Part shown: piece after piece, positions 59,134-64,000 of the stretch
Position numbering within the stretch: the stretch's first letter is position 1
Layout of the letters: every line of letters starts with the position of its first letter
From: the human T2T-CHM13v2.0 reference genome, Homo sapiens
Length of the DNA: 64,000 bases
Assembly (NCBI RefSeq): GCF_009914755.1
Contig: NC_060928.1
Strand: one strand, 5' to 3'
Program-made: the position numbers and the translations under genes
The notes under the pieces: generated by a model
The model's database searches: none
Seen by the model: the letters and a program-made list of their open reading frames with translations, nothing else
Told to the model about the DNA's origin: nothing

Positions 59134-59518
59134 TAAAAGAGTGGGTTTCATTTCAAGAGCAGTGGAAAAATGTCAGCACACACAAAACTAAGCCAAAGCT
59201 TGTTCATTATTATATATTAAATGTTACTCTATTTCTTTTTGAGTTTTTAGTCTTTTCTTGATAGAGACTAGCAGAAAATGATGAGGTGATTGTTGCATTA
59301 GTAGTTCACCCATTCTTGAATAAGTTTCACCTGCAGCTCTTCTTTAGCGTTGTAAGGGCACTTATCACTAATTGCTGTCATTATGGAACTTTTTAATTAA
59401 AAATCGAAGACATGGTATATTGTATTCACCTGTTAAATACATTTCCTGGAATAGTATCTGAAATTTCAAATTAATCTCATGTGTTTTCATATATAGTAAG
59501 GTTTTAAGTTTCTGTTAA

Positions 59519-60147
<629 letters not shown>

Positions 60148-60954
60148 TATTTTATTGTAAATATCTTTTAATACTGCAGCTTATTTTATCTATAGAAGTT
60201 CTAACTTTTCCACAAATGTTTTTAAGTATAAGTTTTTCTGTTAGTTTTGCTGTGTTTTTCAGTTGAGCAATCATATGAGCGTGGATTTTGAGGTTCTACT
60301 GCTGCACCATAGATAAACTATTAAACCTATTTGAAAGAAAATGGTGGTCATAAAATTACTTAGCACAAAATATTTTTCTGAATATTTACAGAGTTGATGT
60401 ATATAAAAGTCATAGAAAAAAAATCACACATAGTAAATACTAAGCTTTTGCAGATATTAATCATTTCTAATTGTTATTTTATATTTAACTTTAATTCATT
60501 GTGATATGACAATATAATATTTTTGTTGATGTTTCTTTGGTATTATTTGGGTTTACACTTTATCTTTGAACATGATTTATTTTTGTGATTGATTAATGTA
60601 AATATAATGTGTATTCTGTGCTTTTGGTGTGTAGAGTTTTTAAATTATTGAACAAGTGTTATTAAATGTAATATTGAATCCTTTGTATTTCTATTTCTAT
60701 TTAATTCTCATTGATATAGTAGTATCTTAAAATATTAAAGGAAAATCCTCATCTACAATGCTGATTAATCTATTGAAGTCTGTAATTCTTTTAATTTTTG
60801 CTTTATAACTGATAAGGCAGAATTTTGCGGTTCTTATATGTTCAAGATGAAAATATAATTTTGATCTGTTTTTCTTTTAACAATATGTGATATTACTTTT
60901 TGACCCTGTGATTTTTGCTTAAATTTAATTTGGGAAGGGTTGTAAATAAATTAG

Positions 60955-61408
60955 TGTCCTTAACTACCAGCAAGTAACTGTTGGCATGTTCAAGCAAATC
61001 TCAACAATTTTTAATAAAGGAATTATTTACAATGATCAGAAATACATGGGTTTACACAACTATCCATGGTTGTAACCACCTCTGAGTAAAAAAGGGAGGA
61101 ATATAAGAAGTAATCACTGGAATGTAGAATTAGAAGTTATGTGAAGAGGGTGACTCTAACTTTTGGTCAAAGGTCAGAGTCAGCTAGAGGGAAAACTTTA
61201 GGAAAGAGCTTGAAAATGAATTGCCTGACCTTATTTGTCACCGTGCTTATATTTCAAAAGGACTCTCAGTAGCTAAATGCTACAAAATAACTAAAGGTCA
61301 ATGGAGTCTATTGATACTGTTCAAAGAGGTCTGTCTCCTAGGTCAGACAAGAGAGTGAAGAAAAGGGAAAGATGATTCTGGATGGGTAAATAGAGGAGGT
61401 TCAGCACA
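60955..61408 (-). mobile_element. Ancient ERVL-class LTR (LTR33/LTR41-like), probable 3' LTR of adjacent remnant
   Basis: Minus start tgtgctgaacctcctctatttacccatccagaatc...ctctcttgtctgacctaggagacagacctc; preceded on minus by purine-rich gagaggaaag (PPT-like). Confidence 0.55.
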
Positions 61409-61409
61409 A

Positions 61410-63650
61410 TCAGTTTTACTTTCCTCTCAATATTTACTCTTGTCAGGTTAAAAAAATACCATCATAAAAGGAATTTGCTAATTTATATCCATTGTCATAT
61501 CATCATAGAGTGATATAAAATCAGTCATACTCTAAGCAACACTGGAGTTCTTTTTACAAATTGGTGATGGTAAAGAAGGGGGATGGCATTAAACAGTATA
61601 AGAACAGCTGCTATTATATCCAATTTTCCAGCATAAAATGAAACCTGAATTAGTTAGCTGCTAGCTTAAGACAATAATCCACCTTCTAGAACTGTTCAAA
61701 GCTTCAAAGCTTCGAAACTTTGGTTCGCAAGTGGGCACTGTATATGTAATATCATCAGCAATTTCTTTATTTCTTTTTTTGTAATAAAGTATATCTTTCA
61801 GTCAAAGGAAATGTGGCGTGAGTAACACTTGTCAATGGAATCACTAGCGATACTTGGGTAGCTAGAAGCAAACATGAATGGTATGCATAGTACCAGTTAC
61901 CTTTTTACTTGATTACGGCAAAACTTCTCTGCAGATGTCCTCTTCTGAGTATTTAAATGGAATATGAATGTATACACACAGTATGCCCATTTTGAGCTGT
62001 CTCTCCCCTACATTCCATGGGGTTGTAAATTTTATTTTATCCACATCTCCGCATACCAACCTAACTCACTTGTCATTGCCCATGTGTCCAGTAAGTATAG
62101 GTGCATTTCTCAAGCCTTGACTTAACAAAAAAAATTGTGATATACTTCTAGATACAACACAAAGTTTTGTCTAAAGAAAGGATTTCCTGCCACTATTGTA
62201 TTTTTTCCAAAGGTGAATTTTGAAAATTTTCAGGGAAAGTTGAAAGAATTTTACAGCAAAACAAATATACTTCTTTCCTCTGCTCTAATATAAAACCATC
62301 GTTTTTACTTTACTTGTTTTATTACATACCCATCCGTTCCTATTTCCAGTTATTAATTCACCTTATTTTTGAAGAAATTCAAAGAAAATTGTATGTCCCA
62401 GTATATTTACATCTAAATGTTTCAACATTCATAGTATTAGCAGTCATCTAATATTTGTTTATGGTTCTTTTATAGGTAAAATTTTCATTCAATAAAGTGA
62501 AATTTTAAATATATGATATGATGGGTTCCAGCAAATGTGTACACCTGTGCTAGTAATTCTCTCTAATGTATATTTCATTACCCTAAAACTCACTAACATT
62601 CATGAATATATTTTATAGAAAAGAGTGTGATAACAGATTCAGTTGCTAAATGGAAATAGAACATTCTCAGTGATGTCATCTATATGGGATGAGACACAGA
62701 GCAGCAAAGCAGAAGAAACAGATGCCATGGAAGTCTAAGCCACCTATTCAAGAATTTTAACTATATCTTCCACAATATATTGGCTTCTTATATATTACTT
62801 TTAATTTATAATAAAATGCTGCTGCACACATAGATCATATGTTTAAATGAATCAAGCAATACTGGTTCATGCTGAGAAATTCGCATCACATCTTTTGCTA
62901 TTTTATGATCAGCCATTGTTTCTATTGCCTTATGATTTCCCTTTTGAAGCTTGCTGGGGATTCCTCAGATTATCCCAGCTAAAGCTCTGGGTATATCGTG
63001 TCTGCTATGTCAAAAGTTAAAATGATAAAGATGGCAGGCCTGTTCTTGCTGTGCTTCTCAAGAGAAAATTGTAGTGATACCAATTACTAGGTAAATGGGA
63101 CACAGCAGCATTTCCAAACACATGTGGCATGTGCATGTGTAATTTCTCTAAAGTTACCCTTTAGGCAGGTGAGTAAAAGTAATATGTTTCCTGTTTAACT
63201 TCAAGAAAACTCATTTTGACTTCCATTTTTGAATGGAAAAGAAAGCATTTTTTCTCATCAATAGCTGCGCAACGTGTCAGAGATGTTCAGTGTCCCAGGA
63301 AAAATGCTACTGTAGGAAAATAGCAACAATTGGTATCATCACTTGATTAAGTCTGTTGTCATCTGCTCCATCTGTCTTTTGCACCTGTCAAATAGGCATG
63401 TTGTAGGAATCTTCATCCTTACTACATCTTTTAAAGCTTTGATATTGGCATTAATTTCTGCCACTTCTTATGTAACCTTGGAGGAAACTCAGCTTCCAGT
63501 TGGTCCTTTGCATCGTGGTTTATCTCTTTCTGTGGGTCAGGACACTTACTGTCAGAATTCTGCTAAATGAATGCTATTTTCTCTATACATTTTAAAACTG
63601 AAGAAATGTAACTTCTGTGAGCCATGATGAGGCCATCTTGGACCAACGCT
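61410..63650 (-). mobile_element. ERVL-class internal (pol) remnant, interrupted by L1M 3' fragment at ~62215-62600
   Basis: Minus strand at ~63230-63375 reads (with frameshifts) LNQVMIPI...AAID..NAFFSI, matching ERVL RT LNQVVTPI...YAAIDLANAFFSIP. Confidence 0.65.
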
Positions 63651-64000
63651 CTTTGTGTCATTTGACCTAATCTATTTAAAATGATAAATATTCAAAAATA
63701 TAAATAAAGTATAATAACGGTGTCTTTGAATGCTAAAAGAATGTACATGAAATTGGAGAACAATAAAGAAACTTAGAATGGTGGCTAGATACCAAAACAA
63801 TGCATACAATGCAATTGATTTACTTTCTGCCAGCACCAGGTAGCTGGAAATTACAGATCATGTTCAATAATATCTGGATATAATTATGGTAGAAGAAGTT
63901 TAACAAAAGATTGCAAGTTTTATATTTATATATATGTAAAGCTTTATTGAGATATATTATACTTAAATATGTATATATCATGTTTTAAATTTTCAAGTAT

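Noticed and set aside
58558-59136. Longest ORF (192 aa)
   Set aside because: Starts at TTG, has no recognisable domain, and its C-terminus comes from the 79-bp tandem duplication; probably chance

Overview
AT-rich, CpG-depleted, repeat-dense primate DNA. It is almost certainly human, because it carries a human-specific AluYb8 at 41365-41616. I find no protein-coding gene: the listed ORFs are Alu/LTR read-throughs, broken L1 ORF2 pieces or chance AT-rich ORFs. The window looks like gene desert or deep intron. It holds about 16 Alus (most with visible TSDs), several L1s from L1PA to L1M age, L2/MIR relics, a CpG-rich LTR12 (ERV9) solo LTR, MaLR LTRs, an old ERVL remnant with RT motifs, MER58B and Tigger3a DNA transposons, microsatellites and several local tandem duplications. 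I see no new biological system. The most notable features are a ~490-bp inverted duplication (unique DNA plus the same Alu copy) flanking a ~2-kb possibly inverted segment (57144-60147), a 5'-truncated AluYb8 head-to-head with an older Alu, a tailless 5S rRNA retropseudogene inside an L1, the intact-looking LTR12 promoter, and a (TG)20-adjacent candidate cryptic exon. Subfamily calls come from remembered consensus diagnostics, not a RepeatMasker run. Boundaries of the old elements are approximate.
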